The translations under genes and the position numbers were made by a program. This document shows positions 47,918 through 57,916 of a stretch of 64,000 nt of DNA, piece by piece (position 1 is the first letter of the stretch; the number at the start of each line of letters is the position of its first letter). Source of the DNA: an uncultured Clostridia bacterium (GTDB lineage Bacteria; Bacillota; Clostridia; Christensenellales; CAG-314); assembly GCA_947628135.1 (NCBI GenBank), contig CANQYT010000004.1, positions 28,566-92,565 on the forward strand. Reading direction: 5' to 3'. The notes beneath the pieces were generated by a model, which was not told the origin of the DNA, searched no databases, and saw nothing but the letters and a program-made list of their open reading frames with translations.

Positions 47918-48273
47918 ACGACCGTACAAGCAAACTCAATTCCGAGTTCAAACGTTTGATTGCGGAATTGCTTACGAAAAAGGTGAAAGATCCGCGTATC
48001 ACGGAGATGTTTACCGTCACAGAAGTCGATTGCGACAGAGAACTTTCCACTGCGAAAGTGTACGTGAGTATTTTCTCGACCAACGCCGACAAAGCCGACG
48101 CTACGTTCTGCGCGATAAAGGAATCCGAACCCATCGTGCGCCGCGAGATTTCCAGAATTATGCATATTCGCAAAGTGCCGCAATTCATCTTTTTGAAGGA
48201 CGGCAGTCTCGAATACGGACAGAAAATCGACAAACTGCTTTATGAACTCAACAAAAAAGACGGCAACGATTGA
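47914..48273 (+). CDS. rbfA: ribosome-binding factor A
   Basis: [24 protein letters not shown]. The ATG overlaps the infB stop. Confidence 0.95.
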   Translation: MNDRTSKLNSEFKRLIAELLTKKVKDPRITEMFTVTEVDCDRELSTAKVYVSIFSTNADKADATFCAIKESEPIVRREISRIMHIRKVPQFIFLKDGSLEYGQKIDKLLYELNKKDGND

Positions 48274-49207
48274 ACAAGTTGCGCAGTTGCTCAGGCGGTA
48301 CGACAGTTTCGCGTTGTTTGCGCATACCAATCCCGACGGCGACACGATAGGCGCGACGGTAGCGCTTGGGCTTGCGTTGCGAAAGATAGGTAAGCGAGTC
48401 GCTTTGTTTTGCGACAGTCCGATGGACGAAAAAATTCAAAGAGAATTTCCCGAAACGGCGGAATTTCGCAGAGAATTTTTCGGAAAATACGATATGTTTG
48501 TCGCTGTCGATTGCGGCGACCTCAACCGTTTGGGCGAATTTGCCGACCTTTACGGCAGATTCGGAGAAACGTTGACGTTAGATCATCACGGCGGCGAGTA
48601 CTATTCGCGCTACAATCTTGTGGCGAAGTACGCAAGCACTTGTCAGATCGTGTACGAAACGGTGCGGCAACTCGGCGTTGAGTGGGATAAGCGTATCGCA
48701 ACGTACCTATATATGGGTTTGTGTACGGATACGGGCAACTTTTCTCACAACAATACGGACAAAGAATGCTTTTTGACGGCTGCCGACCTGTGTGAAAAAC
48801 ACGCCGATATGGAAAGAGTGAACCGTGTGTTTTTCAAGGATACGACGCTTGCGGAGGTTAAACTTCTGGGGCGCGCCTTGAACAAAATGCGCGTTTACTT
48901 CGACGGGAAAATGGCGCTTATGTACCTCACGAAAAAGGACTTGGACGAGGTCGGCGCAGATCTTTCGGCAACTTCGGGAATCGTTCAGAACGCCGTAAAC
49001 GTAGATACGGCAAAGGTGGGCGTGATGCTTACCGAGTATGCCGACAACGTGTACAAAGTGAGTATGCGCGGCAAGGACTTCCCCGTGAGAGAGATCTGCC
49101 GCAAATTCGGCGGCGGCGGTCATCTGTACGCGTCGGGTTGTATGATAAGCGGCTTTCTTGAAGACGTGATAGAAAAAATTGTACGTGAAGTCGGGTTCGA
49201 TCTATGA
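48242..49207 (+). CDS. nrnA: DHH/DHHA1 phosphoesterase (NrnA-like oligoribonuclease / pAp phosphatase)
   Basis: HTNPDGDTIG, DCGD, DHH, and the GGGH motif near the C-terminus. Confidence 0.88.
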   Translation: MNSTKKTATIEQVAQLLRRYDSFALFAHTNPDGDTIGATVALGLALRKIGKRVALFCDSPMDEKIQREFPETAEFRREFFGKYDMFVAVDCGDLNRLGEFADLYGRFGETLTLDHHGGEYYSRYNLVAKYASTCQIVYETVRQLGVEWDKRIATYLYMGLCTDTGNFSHNNTDKECFLTAADLCEKHADMERVNRVFFKDTTLAEVKLLGRALNKMRVYFDGKMALMYLTKKDLDEVGADLSATSGIVQNAVNVDTAKVGVMLTEYADNVYKVSMRGKDFPVREICRKFGGGGHLYASGCMISGFLEDVIEKIVREVGFDL

Positions 49208-50058
49208 ACGGATTTATCAACGTTTTGAAACCCGTCGGCGCAACGGCAAGCGACGTTGTGGTGCGCATAAAACATATTCTGCACGAAAAAGCGGGACATC
49301 TCGGCACGCTCGACCCCGGGGCAAGCGGCGTTTTGCCTGTGGCTGTGGGGCTGGGTACGAGATTGTTCAATCTGCTTACGGACAAGGTGAAATACTATCG
49401 CGCGTTTTTCACTTTCGGAAAAACTACTGATACGCTGGACTCCTACGGGACAGTGACGGAAAAGCGCGACTTGCTGCCGTCCGAGGAAACGTTACGCAAA
49501 GTCTTGCGCGCTTTCGAGGGACAGTTGCAACAACTTCCGCCGACATACTCGGCTATATCGGTGGGCGGCGTTCGTTCCTACAAACTCGCCCGACAGGGCG
49601 AAGCGGTGCAACTCAGTGCGCGTTGCGTGACCGTATACGAAATCGGACTCGTTTCGCAGGTGAAAAAAGATACGTTCGTCGTGGATATAAAATGCAGCGC
49701 GGGAACGTATATTCGCTCGCTTGCTCGCGACGTTGCCGAGGCGTGCGGCACTGTGGGATATATGAGCGGACTTATACGCCTTGCAAGCGGCTGTTTCGAC
49801 ATTTCGGAAGCCTACACGTTGGACGAGATCTCGGAAAAACGGGAGAAATGTCTGTTGGAGTTGACTTATCCTCTCTATGACTTGTCGGAACTTTCGGTAG
49901 ATGACAAATTTTACGAAGATCTTCAACACGGCAGACCCGTCTTTGTGGAGAAGTTCGACGGATTGCGTAAGGTGTTTTGCAATGGAACGTTTTGGGGAGT
50001 AGGCAGCGCTGCAAACGGCAAACTGAAATTGGATTACTACTTGAAAAACGCAGATTAG
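49204..50058 (+). CDS. truB: tRNA pseudouridine55 synthase
   Basis: MNGFINVLKPVGATASDVV ... GHLGTLDPGASGVLPV. Confidence 0.96.
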   Translation: MNGFINVLKPVGATASDVVVRIKHILHEKAGHLGTLDPGASGVLPVAVGLGTRLFNLLTDKVKYYRAFFTFGKTTDTLDSYGTVTEKRDLLPSEETLRKVLRAFEGQLQQLPPTYSAISVGGVRSYKLARQGEAVQLSARCVTVYEIGLVSQVKKDTFVVDIKCSAGTYIRSLARDVAEACGTVGYMSGLIRLASGCFDISEAYTLDEISEKREKCLLELTYPLYDLSELSVDDKFYEDLQHGRPVFVEKFDGLRKVFCNGTFWGVGSAANGKLKLDYYLKNAD

Positions 50059-50065
50059 GAGAAAC

Positions 50066-50953
50066 GTGCGGCAAATCGAATTCGGAAAAAAAACAAATTG
50101 CCCGATCGTGGTATGCTTGGGTTATTTCGGGTGTATGCACCTCGGACACGTCGAACTTGTTCGGCGCGCGCGTACGCTTGCCGAGCAACTGTACGCGAAA
50201 ACGGCGTTATTCACCTTTTCCAACAACCACCTTGCGCTGCTCGGCAGGGAAAGCAAAGTTCTCTACACGTTTGACGAGCGTTTGTCACTGTACGAAAGCA
50301 TCGGAACAGACTACGTGCTGTCCGCACGGTTCGACGACAGTTTCCGCAGGACAACGGGAGAAGAATTTGTACGCAGACTGTGCGAATACCCTTTGCGCGG
50401 CGTAGTGTGCGGATTCGATTACAGTTGCGGAAGCGACAGATTGGACGGAGTGCGTTTGAAAGAGTTGCTTAAAGACATCTGCCCCGTTGAGATAGTAGAG
50501 CCGATATGCGTAAACGGCAGTAAAATCAGTACGACTCTCGTGCGGTCGCTTTTGGCTGACAACCGTATACGAGAGGCAAACGCGCTTTTGTGCGAGCCGT
50601 TTTTCGTGTCGGGCAAGGTCGTCCACGGCAGAAACGTGGGAAGCGCGTTGGGATTTCCTACGGCGAATATTGCGACGGAAGAGGAAAAATTTGTGCCTAC
50701 GGGCGTATACGGCGGTCGCGCTGAGGTGGACGGCAAAGGGTACAAAGCAATTGTGAATATCGGCGGGCAACCTACGTTCGGAGAGGAATCCGTCACGGTG
50801 GAGGCGCATTTGTCCGGTTTTCACGGAGATTTGTACGGGCGCAACGTTAAATTGTCTTTGACGGAGTTTCTTCGCCCGACTTGCAAGTTCGAAACCGCAG
50901 AACAACTTGCGGAACAATTGAAAAAGGATTTGGAAAGGGTATTTGATGATTAG
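50066..50953 (+). CDS. ribF: bifunctional riboflavin kinase / FMN adenylyltransferase
   Basis: GYFGCMHLGH ... GKVVHGRNVGSALGFPTAN. GTG start after an AGGAG RBS. Confidence 0.95.
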   Translation: MRQIEFGKKTNCPIVVCLGYFGCMHLGHVELVRRARTLAEQLYAKTALFTFSNNHLALLGRESKVLYTFDERLSLYESIGTDYVLSARFDDSFRRTTGEEFVRRLCEYPLRGVVCGFDYSCGSDRLDGVRLKELLKDICPVEIVEPICVNGSKISTTLVRSLLADNRIREANALLCEPFFVSGKVVHGRNVGSALGFPTANIATEEEKFVPTGVYGGRAEVDGKGYKAIVNIGGQPTFGEESVTVEAHLSGFHGDLYGRNVKLSLTEFLRPTCKFETAEQLAEQLKKDLERVFDD

Positions 50954-51791
50954 ATTCGGACCAAGCGGCAACAGCACAAGATTTTACGACGAGGGTCACG
51001 TATCCAGCGTTGACGCGCCCAAGTGGCTTGCGGAGCAGGGACTGAACGCCTACGAATATTCTTTCGGCAGAGGGATAAATATCAGCGACGAAAAGGCAAA
51101 CGCTATCGGCGAACTCGGAAAGACTTTCGACGTTGCAATATCCGTACACGCGCCGTACTACATAAATCTTGCCAATCCTTCCGGCGAGATGGCGAATAAG
51201 TCTTTCGGATACGTACTGCGCAGTTGCGAAAAGGTACGCGCTTTCTACGGAAACAGAGTAGTTTTTCACCCGTCTACCGTGGGCAAGATGACGCGCAAGG
51301 AAGCGGTGGAATTGACTCAAAAGCGTATGGCGGAGTTGGCTCGTCTTATTGTGGAAAACAAAATGGACGATTGCATATTCTGTCCCGAAACGATGGGTAA
51401 GATCAATCAGATAGGAGACGTTGAAGAAGTAACTTCGTTTTGCAAAACGGCGGATTTCTTCGTGCCTACGGTGGATTTCGGTCACATCAACGCGCGCACT
51501 TACGGCAGTTTGAAAACGGAAGAAGATTTCGAACATATAATAGTGCATATCATCAACGAGTTGGGCAGAGAGAGGGCGAGTTCGATGCATATACATTTTT
51601 CCAAAATAGAGTACTCTGCGGGAGGAGAGGTGCGGCATTTGACTTTTGCCGACGCGCTGTTCGGACCGGAATTCGAACCGCTGGCGCGCGTTCTCAAAAA
51701 ATACGCCCTTTCACCCGTGGTCATATGCGAATCGGACGGTACGCAAGCCGACGACGCTTTGCAAATGAAAAGAATATACGACAGCATTTGA
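50946..51791 (+). CDS. endonuclease IV-like / xylose isomerase-like TIM barrel protein
   Basis: AP endonuclease family 2 pattern (ISVHAPYYINLANP ... VVFHPS ... PETMGK ... DFGHINAR). Confidence 0.78.
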   Translation: MIRFGPSGNSTRFYDEGHVSSVDAPKWLAEQGLNAYEYSFGRGINISDEKANAIGELGKTFDVAISVHAPYYINLANPSGEMANKSFGYVLRSCEKVRAFYGNRVVFHPSTVGKMTRKEAVELTQKRMAELARLIVENKMDDCIFCPETMGKINQIGDVEEVTSFCKTADFFVPTVDFGHINARTYGSLKTEEDFEHIIVHIINELGRERASSMHIHFSKIEYSAGGEVRHLTFADALFGPEFEPLARVLKKYALSPVVICESDGTQADDALQMKRIYDSI

Positions 51792-51804
51792 ATCGGAGGC
51801 AAAT

Positions 51805-52872
51805 ATGAAAAACACCGACAAGTTGTTTGAATTGTCCAAAGCGGACGCCGTTTTGGTTATCAGCGAGAAAAACCGTATGTATTTTACGGGATTTGCGTCA
51901 ACGTTCGGGTATCTGGTGCTTATGCGCGGCAACAAAAGCGTGTTTATCACCGATCCGCGTTACTACGAGATGGCGCAGACCCTTGCTGACGACGGCGTAG
52001 AAGTCGTGCAGATCGCCAACGGAGCGAGCGCGGACGACACTCTCATCGAAATATTTACCGAGAACGGCGTAAAAACGGTGGGCATCGAAGATACGGAATT
52101 GACCGTGCGCGATTTTACCTCGCTCAAACACAAACTTGCGGGCTTCAAACTCATCGCCGCAGGCGAAGATATATGCCGCGTCAGAAGTTTCAAAACGGAT
52201 GAGGAGATTTCCTTTATCAAACGCGCGCAATCCATCACGGACGCGGCTTTCTCCGAGATATTGAGTTTCATAAAGCCCGGCGTAACGGAACGCGACATAC
52301 AAGTCGAGTTGGAATACCGTCTTGCGCGCAACGGAGCGGAGGGGCTGGCGTTTGACACGATTATCGCGTCGGGAGTAAACACCTCCAAGCCGCACGCGCA
52401 CCCCACGGACAAAATTATCGAAAACGGCGACCCCGTAACTATGGATTTCGGCGCGCGTTACCACGGGTATTGCTCAGATATGACGAGGACGGTTTTCGTG
52501 GGACAGCCCGGCGACGAACTGCACAAAATCTACAACGTGGTGCTTTTGGCGCAAAAAATGGCTATCAACAACGCCTATTGCGGTATGGGCGGAAGAGAGT
52601 TGGATTCTTTCTGCCGTGAGGTTATCAAATCCAACGGCTATGAAAAATACTTTGTGCATAGCACGGGGCACAGTCTCGGTATAGACATTCACGAAACGCC
52701 GAGCGCGTCCACCCGTTCGACGGATATACTTTCCGCGCGGCAATTCATCACCTGCGAACCCGGCGTTTACATACCCGGCGTTGGCGGAGTGCGAATAGAA
52801 GATTTGTTACTTATTGAGGAAGATGGTATAACCGACTTGACAACATCAGACAAAAATATTATAATTTTATAG
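51805..52872 (+). CDS. Xaa-Pro aminopeptidase (M24 family)
   Basis: Creatinase-like N-terminal domain plus the M24 metal ligands (DFGARYHGYCSDMTR, HSTGHSLGIDIHE, EPGVY, RIEDLL). Confidence 0.9.
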   Translation: MKNTDKLFELSKADAVLVISEKNRMYFTGFASTFGYLVLMRGNKSVFITDPRYYEMAQTLADDGVEVVQIANGASADDTLIEIFTENGVKTVGIEDTELTVRDFTSLKHKLAGFKLIAAGEDICRVRSFKTDEEISFIKRAQSITDAAFSEILSFIKPGVTERDIQVELEYRLARNGAEGLAFDTIIASGVNTSKPHAHPTDKIIENGDPVTMDFGARYHGYCSDMTRTVFVGQPGDELHKIYNVVLLAQKMAINNAYCGMGGRELDSFCREVIKSNGYEKYFVHSTGHSLGIDIHETPSASTRSTDILSARQFITCEPGVYIPGVGGVRIEDLLLIEEDGITDLTTSDKNIIIL

Positions 52873-52896
52873 GAAAACTTAGGGAGGCTGTATTTT

Positions 52897-53457
52897 ATGA
52901 TTTTAGCAGGCGATTTCAGAAAGGGCGTAACGTTCGTTTACAACAACGGAATTTACACGATAGTGGATTTTCAACACGTCAAGCCGGGTAAAGGCGCGGC
53001 GTTTGTCAGGACGAAAATCAAAAACGTCGTGACGGGCGCTGTTCGCGAGGAAACGTTCAACCCGTCCGAAAAGTTCGAACTTGCGCACATTGAAAACAAG
53101 GAAATGGAGTACCTGTACACAGACGGCGATCTGTACTACTTTATGGATGCGGAAACGTACGAACAAGTTCCCCTCAACAAGGGACAGGTGGAGGACGCGT
53201 TGCAATTCCTCAAAGAGAATATGTCCGCAACGATTAAATTTTACAAAGGCGAAGCGTTCTCTGTTGAACCTCCCAACTTTGTGGTGTTGCAGGTCGTAAG
53301 TTGCGAACCTGCCGTTGCAGGCAACACGGCGACAAACGCTACCAAACCCGCAACCGTAGAAACGGGTTACACGCTGATGGTCCCAATGTTCGTCAACGAA
53401 GGCGATATGATACGTATCGACACCAGATCGGGCGAATATATGGAACGCGCAAAGTAA
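52897..53457 (+). CDS. efp: elongation factor P
   Basis: [37 protein letters not shown]. Confidence 0.98.
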   Translation: MILAGDFRKGVTFVYNNGIYTIVDFQHVKPGKGAAFVRTKIKNVVTGAVREETFNPSEKFELAHIENKEMEYLYTDGDLYYFMDAETYEQVPLNKGQVEDALQFLKENMSATIKFYKGEAFSVEPPNFVVLQVVSCEPAVAGNTATNATKPATVETGYTLMVPMFVNEGDMIRIDTRSGEYMERAK

Positions 53458-53471
53458 AAAACGATATCTTT

Positions 53472-53504
53472 AAGAACCTATCGGCAACGGTAGGTTCTTT
53501 TCTG
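53472..53504 (+). terminator. intrinsic terminator after efp
   Basis: aagaaccta-tcggcaacgg-taggttctt stem followed by a T-rich tail. Confidence 0.75.
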
Positions 53505-53959
53505 TTATAAACTGCACGGTTACTATTGACACTTGCAATGAAAGTCGTCATCGCTGTCGTTTCGCCAAGAAGTGAAAGTGCGTGTTGCTCATCTACTTCA
53601 TTTTATACTTGCCGAAAATGTCGCGATTGACTGAGTGTTTGGCGTGAGTTTACGTTGAATTAAAACACTTTCCTGACAAAACGAGATAGATTTAGACTAT
53701 TAAATGTGAAGTATCATTCTGTTTTGTAAAATGAGTTAAGTAGAAATGTGCTATATTGAATTGTAAGTATTGTATTTGCACTAAGTAAAGAATTTTTTTC
53801 AGAAAAAATATTCATCAAATTTATATAATTAACACTATTGGAATTTTTGTCCTGTTGCCGATGTCAAAAATATAAATCGATAATGCTGTTGTTTTATCGA
53901 GGTGGCGTGTGCTTGCGCAAAGACTTCTAAGTATATTTTCCAAAAATTCCGCGATTGTA

Positions 53960-53968
53960 GGGGGGGGG
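53960..53968 (+). repeat. G9 homopolymer tract (intergenic, AT-rich surroundings)
   Basis: 9 consecutive G, counted directly. Confidence 0.95.
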
Positions 53969-54176
53969 ATTACCATTGTACAAAAAAACTTTCTATACAC
54001 AATTTTTGACATATTGACCCCTTACTGCAATGTCGCTATGGTTTTTAATTATTGGACGAATTGTGAAGAAATAGATAGCGGAACACTTGGCGAAAACAGA
54101 GAAACGGCGTAATATATATAAAATAAATGCTCTGTTCTTAAAAAAAAGCCCTGTTTGCAAAGGGTAATTTGATTCG

Positions 54177-54214
54177 CAGTTGTTAGACAGTTGCAAAAAC
54201 AACTGAGGGTTTTT
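54177..54214 (+). terminator. terminator-like hairpin inside the efp-spoIVA gap
   Basis: cagttgtt-13 nt-aacaactg (8-bp perfect stem) followed by agggTTTTT. Confidence 0.35.
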
Positions 54215-54353
54215 AACTTGTAATTAAAAATATTGCATTTTTAATGTATACAATTTTTTAATAGAGACAACTTTGTCGGTGAGTATTTATTGTTGCAAAA
54301 TTATGCCGCGCGAAAGCGGTCGCGTTTTAGCGTTCTATCGTAGGTGCAAGTAT

Positions 54354-54361
54354 CATATACT
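54354..54361 (+). promoter_or_regulatory. possible sigma-E-type -10 element upstream of spoIVA
   Basis: CATATACT, 27 nt before the ATG, resembles the sigma-E -10 consensus CATACA-T. The -35 element is unconvincing. Confidence 0.25.
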
Positions 54362-54387
54362 TTACCAAACGTATTTTGGAGGCAGCA

Positions 54388-55848
54388 ATGAACAACATTT
54401 ATCAGGACATCGCGGAGCGCACCAACGGCGACGTATATATAGGCGTTGTCGGACCGGTGCGCAGCGGCAAATCGACGTTTGTTACAAACTTTATGACAAA
54501 ACTGATTTTGCCGAACATAGCGGATAAAAACGAGCGTAAGCGCGCCAAGGACGAACTTCCTCAATCCGCGGACGGCAAGATGATTATGACGACGCAACCC
54601 AAATTCGTTCCCAATGCCGCGGTGAAACTGTCGCTCGGCGACAAGGCTACGGCAAACGTGCGCTTGATAGATTGCGTGGGGTATCTCGTGGAGGGCGCGG
54701 AGGGGCATCTCGACGGCGAAAAAATGCGCCTCGTCAACACTCCGTGGTCTGCCGATCCCATTCCGTTTGAAAAGGCGGCGGAAATAGGCACGCAAAAAGT
54801 GGCAACGGAACACTCAACGATAGCGGTGGTCGTCACGACGGACGGCAGTATAGGGGAAATTCCCCGTCAAAACTACATCGGCGCGGAAGAAAGAGCCGTT
54901 CGGGAACTGAAACAGTCGGGCAAGCCCTTTGTCGTGGTACTCAATTGCACAGATCCTCGCAGCGACTCCGCCAAGGAACTTTCGCTTGCTCTGCGGGAAA
55001 AGTACGGAGTGGAAGTGATTCCTCTCAACGTTCTGTCCGCAAGCGGCGGCGAGTTGGAAGAAGTGTTGCAGTGTATTTTGAAAGAGTTCCCCGTAAGGCG
55101 CATAGCGTTGAATCTGCCTATGTGGATGCGCGCGCTGGAAAAGGACAACAAATTTATCGCGGAATTGTTGGACCGCGTAAAAAAGTGCTGCGACGATATC
55201 CGCAAGATGAAGGACTCGGACAAACTTATCGCCGCGTTCGACGGGTGCGATTTTGCCGAATCAATCGCCGCGACGGATCTAAATATGGGCAGCGGTGCGG
55301 CAAACTATTCTTTCACGCCCAAGTCCGACTTGTTTTTCCGCGTGCTTTCCGACGAGGCGCAGATGGAAATTACGGACGAATTTTCGCTGATGAGTTTCGT
55401 TACGGGCGCGGCATACGCCAAGCGACGCTTCGAAGCGATGAAAGACGCTCTGGAACAATCTGATACGAACGGCTATGGGATAGTGTACCCGAAAACGGAC
55501 AATATGACTCTCGACGAACCGCAAATGGTAAAGCAGGGCAACGTCTACGGTGTAAAACTCAAAGCGACTTGCCCGAGTTACCACATTATTCGCGTGGACG
55601 TCAACACGGAAGTGAGCCCGATGGTGGGAACGGAACAGCAAAGCCGTTACCTGCTTGACGAGTACAAACAAAACCCCGACGCTATCTGGAACACAAATAT
55701 GTTCGGAAAGACGATGGCGGACCTTGCCAAGGAGGGGCTCGAAGGCAAATGCAACGCTATGCCTGCCGAAATCAAGCAAAAACTGACCCGAACGGTAAGC
55801 AAGATCGTCAACGAAAATCGCGGCGGATTGTTCTGTCTGATTTTGTGA
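54388..55848 (+). CDS. spoIVA: stage IV sporulation protein A
   Basis: IYQDIAERTNGDVYIGVVGPVRSGKSTFV Walker A N-terminus and full-length (about 490 aa) SpoIVA colinearity. A GGAGG RBS precedes the start. Confidence 0.96.
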   Translation: MNNIYQDIAERTNGDVYIGVVGPVRSGKSTFVTNFMTKLILPNIADKNERKRAKDELPQSADGKMIMTTQPKFVPNAAVKLSLGDKATANVRLIDCVGYLVEGAEGHLDGEKMRLVNTPWSADPIPFEKAAEIGTQKVATEHSTIAVVVTTDGSIGEIPRQNYIGAEERAVRELKQSGKPFVVVLNCTDPRSDSAKELSLALREKYGVEVIPLNVLSASGGELEEVLQCILKEFPVRRIALNLPMWMRALEKDNKFIAELLDRVKKCCDDIRKMKDSDKLIAAFDGCDFAESIAATDLNMGSGAANYSFTPKSDLFFRVLSDEAQMEITDEFSLMSFVTGAAYAKRRFEAMKDALEQSDTNGYGIVYPKTDNMTLDEPQMVKQGNVYGVKLKATCPSYHIIRVDVNTEVSPMVGTEQQSRYLLDEYKQNPDAIWNTNMFGKTMADLAKEGLEGKCNAMPAEIKQKLTRTVSKIVNENRGGLFCLIL

Positions 55849-55914
55849 GGTCTTACGCAAAGATTTCTCTGTTTTCCTTTTGATGCAAAAGCAGCCTTCG
55901 AACGTTTTATTTTG

Positions 55915-55952
55915 AAAAGTCGCTTCGCTTCGGCGGAGCGACTTTTTATTTT
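55915..55952 (+). terminator. intrinsic terminator after spoIVA
   Basis: aaaagtcgcttcgc-ttcg-gcggagcgactttt stem followed by a T run. Confidence 0.75.
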
Positions 55953-56020
55953 GTGTGGTAATACCTCGCGTTCGCCGCAGCTGTGGCAGTGATGTTTGTC
56001 GGTAAGCGCAAAATTCGGCT

Positions 56021-56072
56021 AAACTATGCCGAATTTAGTTGATTTGTAGAATACTATTTCCGACATAATATT
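56021..56072 (+). repeat. dispersed promoter-like repeat, copy B
   Basis: aaactatgccgaatttagttgatttgtagaatactatttccgacataatatt. Its left end pairs with the upstream flank (aaattcggc/gccgaattt, 56011-56036). Confidence 0.65.
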
Positions 56073-56098
56073 AAAATTTATCCAAAAAAAGCGCTATT

Positions 56099-56824
56099 TT
56101 ACTGTTCCGTATACAATTCGCGCAATTTTTTGAGTATCTTGTTTTCCAGACGCGATATCTGCACCTGCGACACACCGAGTTTGTGTGCGATCTCTCCCTG
56201 CGTCATATCGCGGAAGTAGCGCAGTATAACTATCTTCTGTTCGCGGGGCGGCAATTTGCTCAGCATATCTTTCAATATCAATTTGTCCAGCATCTTCTTG
56301 TCCTCGTCGGTAGGCAGATGCTCTATCAGTTCCGTTTGTTTTCCGTCTTTGTCGCTGGCTTTTTCGTAGAGGGACACGGGCATTCGCGTTGCGTCCATTG
56401 CGAATATCGCTTCCGAAGGCTCTATTCCGAAGTGTTGGGCAATTTCCTCGACGGTGGGGTTTTCCTCGCCGTTTTTGATACGTTCGTCCACGTAGCGCGT
56501 AATTTTTGCCGAAAGGCTTTTGAGGGAGCGCGAAACTTTGAGATAACCGTCGTCGCGCATATAACGTTTGATTTCGCCCAGTATCATCGGCACGGCGTAG
56601 GTGGAGAAACGTACGTTGTGCTCGTAATTGAAATTTTTTATGCTTTTCAGCAGTCCGATACTTGCTATCTGGTACAAGTCGTCGTATTCGATGTGTTTGC
56701 CGAGATAGCGCTTGATTATGCTTTTCAGCAGGGGCGCGTTTTCCGTCAGAAGCACGGTTGACGCTTCTTCGTCGCCCTGTTGCGCGCGCGCAATGAGCGC
56801 CATTGTTTCTTCGTGGCTAAGCAT
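56099..56824 (-). CDS. sigF: RNA polymerase sporulation sigma factor SigF
   Basis: Sigma-70 regions 2-4 (DLYQIASIGLLKSIKNF, STYAVPMILGEIKRYMRD, C-terminal HTH). It is the third gene of the spoIIAA-spoIIAB-sigF operon. Confidence 0.93.
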   Translation of the reverse strand: MLSHEETMALIARAQQGDEEASTVLLTENAPLLKSIIKRYLGKHIEYDDLYQIASIGLLKSIKNFNYEHNVRFSTYAVPMILGEIKRYMRDDGYLKVSRSLKSLSAKITRYVDERIKNGEENPTVEEIAQHFGIEPSEAIFAMDATRMPVSLYEKASDKDGKQTELIEHLPTDEDKKMLDKLILKDMLSKLPPREQKIVILRYFRDMTQGEIAHKLGVSQVQISRLENKILKKLRELYTEQ

Positions 56825-56830
56825 AGGCAG

Positions 56831-57253
56831 TCACGCAACCTTTTTTACGAGTGTGACGGTGGTCAGTCCTTTTTCGGAGGTTACGCGTACGCTGTCGCAA
56901 AACGCCTGCATAACGGTAAATCCCATACCCGATCGTTCTCCCGTGGAAACGGTGGTAAAAAACGGTTTCATCGCCTGTTCGACGTTTGCAATGCCTTTGC
57001 CGAAATCGGCTATTTCAACGGTCATATCCTTTTCCGTCAGCGTGCAGGAAATTTCTATCGAGCCCGTTTGCGCGCCGTCGTAGGCGTGTACGATGCAGTT
57101 TGTCACCGCTTCGGATACGGCGGTTTTCACATCCTCAACCTGTTCGAGGGTGGGGTTTATCTGTATGAAAAAAGCCGCTACTACGCTGCGAGCGAAACTT
57201 TCGTTTTGAGATTTTGCTTCGATGGTGAGTTTCATTTTGTTGATTGTTGACAT
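56831..57253 (-). CDS. spoIIAB: anti-sigma F factor (serine kinase) SpoIIAB
   Basis: GHKL N box EAVTNCIVHAY, G boxes DFGKGI and GERSGMGF. The ATG at 57253 follows an AAGAGG RBS. Confidence 0.93.
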   Translation of the reverse strand: MSTINKMKLTIEAKSQNESFARSVVAAFFIQINPTLEQVEDVKTAVSEAVTNCIVHAYDGAQTGSIEISCTLTEKDMTVEIADFGKGIANVEQAMKPFFTTVSTGERSGMGFTVMQAFCDSVRVTSEKGLTTVTLVKKVA

Positions 57254-57291
57254 TATGTTTTGACCTCTTTCAGATTTTTTAAACTTTGCCG

Positions 57292-57597
57292 TTACGCGCG
57301 TGCGATAATTTCGTAAAGACCCGACATTCGGAAAATTTTGTCCACGGTAGGCGACGGATCGCGCACAAACAGTCGTTTGTTTTGTTTGCAAAGCAGTTTG
57401 TACCTGCCTATGACCACGCCTATGCCCGTAGAATCCATAAAAGACAGTCGGCTGAGATCGAGTACCGCGTTTTCGAAATTTTCCTCTTGCAGTTTTTCGT
57501 CCATTTTGCGCCGTACAAAGGCGGCGGAGTGTTCGTCCAACTCTCCAACCAGCCCGAATACGATGTTGTTCCCCTCAAAATTCGTATATACTTCCAT
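57292..57597 (-). CDS. spoIIAA: anti-sigma F factor antagonist SpoIIAA (STAS)
   Basis: 101-aa STAS domain with the phospho-Ser motif LSFMDSTGIGVVIG. A GGAGGAG RBS precedes the start. Confidence 0.92.
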   Translation of the reverse strand: MEVYTNFEGNNIVFGLVGELDEHSAAFVRRKMDEKLQEENFENAVLDLSRLSFMDSTGIGVVIGRYKLLCKQNKRLFVRDPSPTVDKIFRMSGLYEIIARA

Positions 57598-57824
57598 TTC
57601 GCTCCTCCGCAGATAATGGTAGTGTATTTTTGTCACGCGAATTTGTATTGTTTTGTAATTTCCCTTTGCAATATGTCGATATCGTAACAGCCCCTTGTCG
57701 CCGTTTTTGCTGACTGCGGCGTTGTTTTTCTCGTCGGATTTCGTCTTTTTCCGCCTGTTTGCCCTCATTTGAAGTAAAAACGCAACTGTATAGGGAAAAT
57801 TTGCCGCTAAAATGCTTTCGCATA

Positions 57825-57854
57825 TTGACGTATTTTTGCTGTTTATGTTATACT
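57825..57854 (+). promoter_or_regulatory. sigma-A-type promoter for the 534-aa orphan gene
   Basis: TTGACG at 57825-57830, 18-nt spacer, TGtTATACT (57849-57854). Confidence 0.5.
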
Positions 57855-57916
57855 GATAAAAGTAACCGAACCTACCAATCAAGAACGGCAGACGCCGTTT
57901 ACGTAAAAACGGAACT

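Noticed and set aside
57598-57800. Sigma-H-type promoter expected upstream of spoIIAA.
   Set aside because: On the minus strand I find AAGGGAAAT, which is -35-like, but no properly spaced GAAT -10 element, so no promoter call was made.
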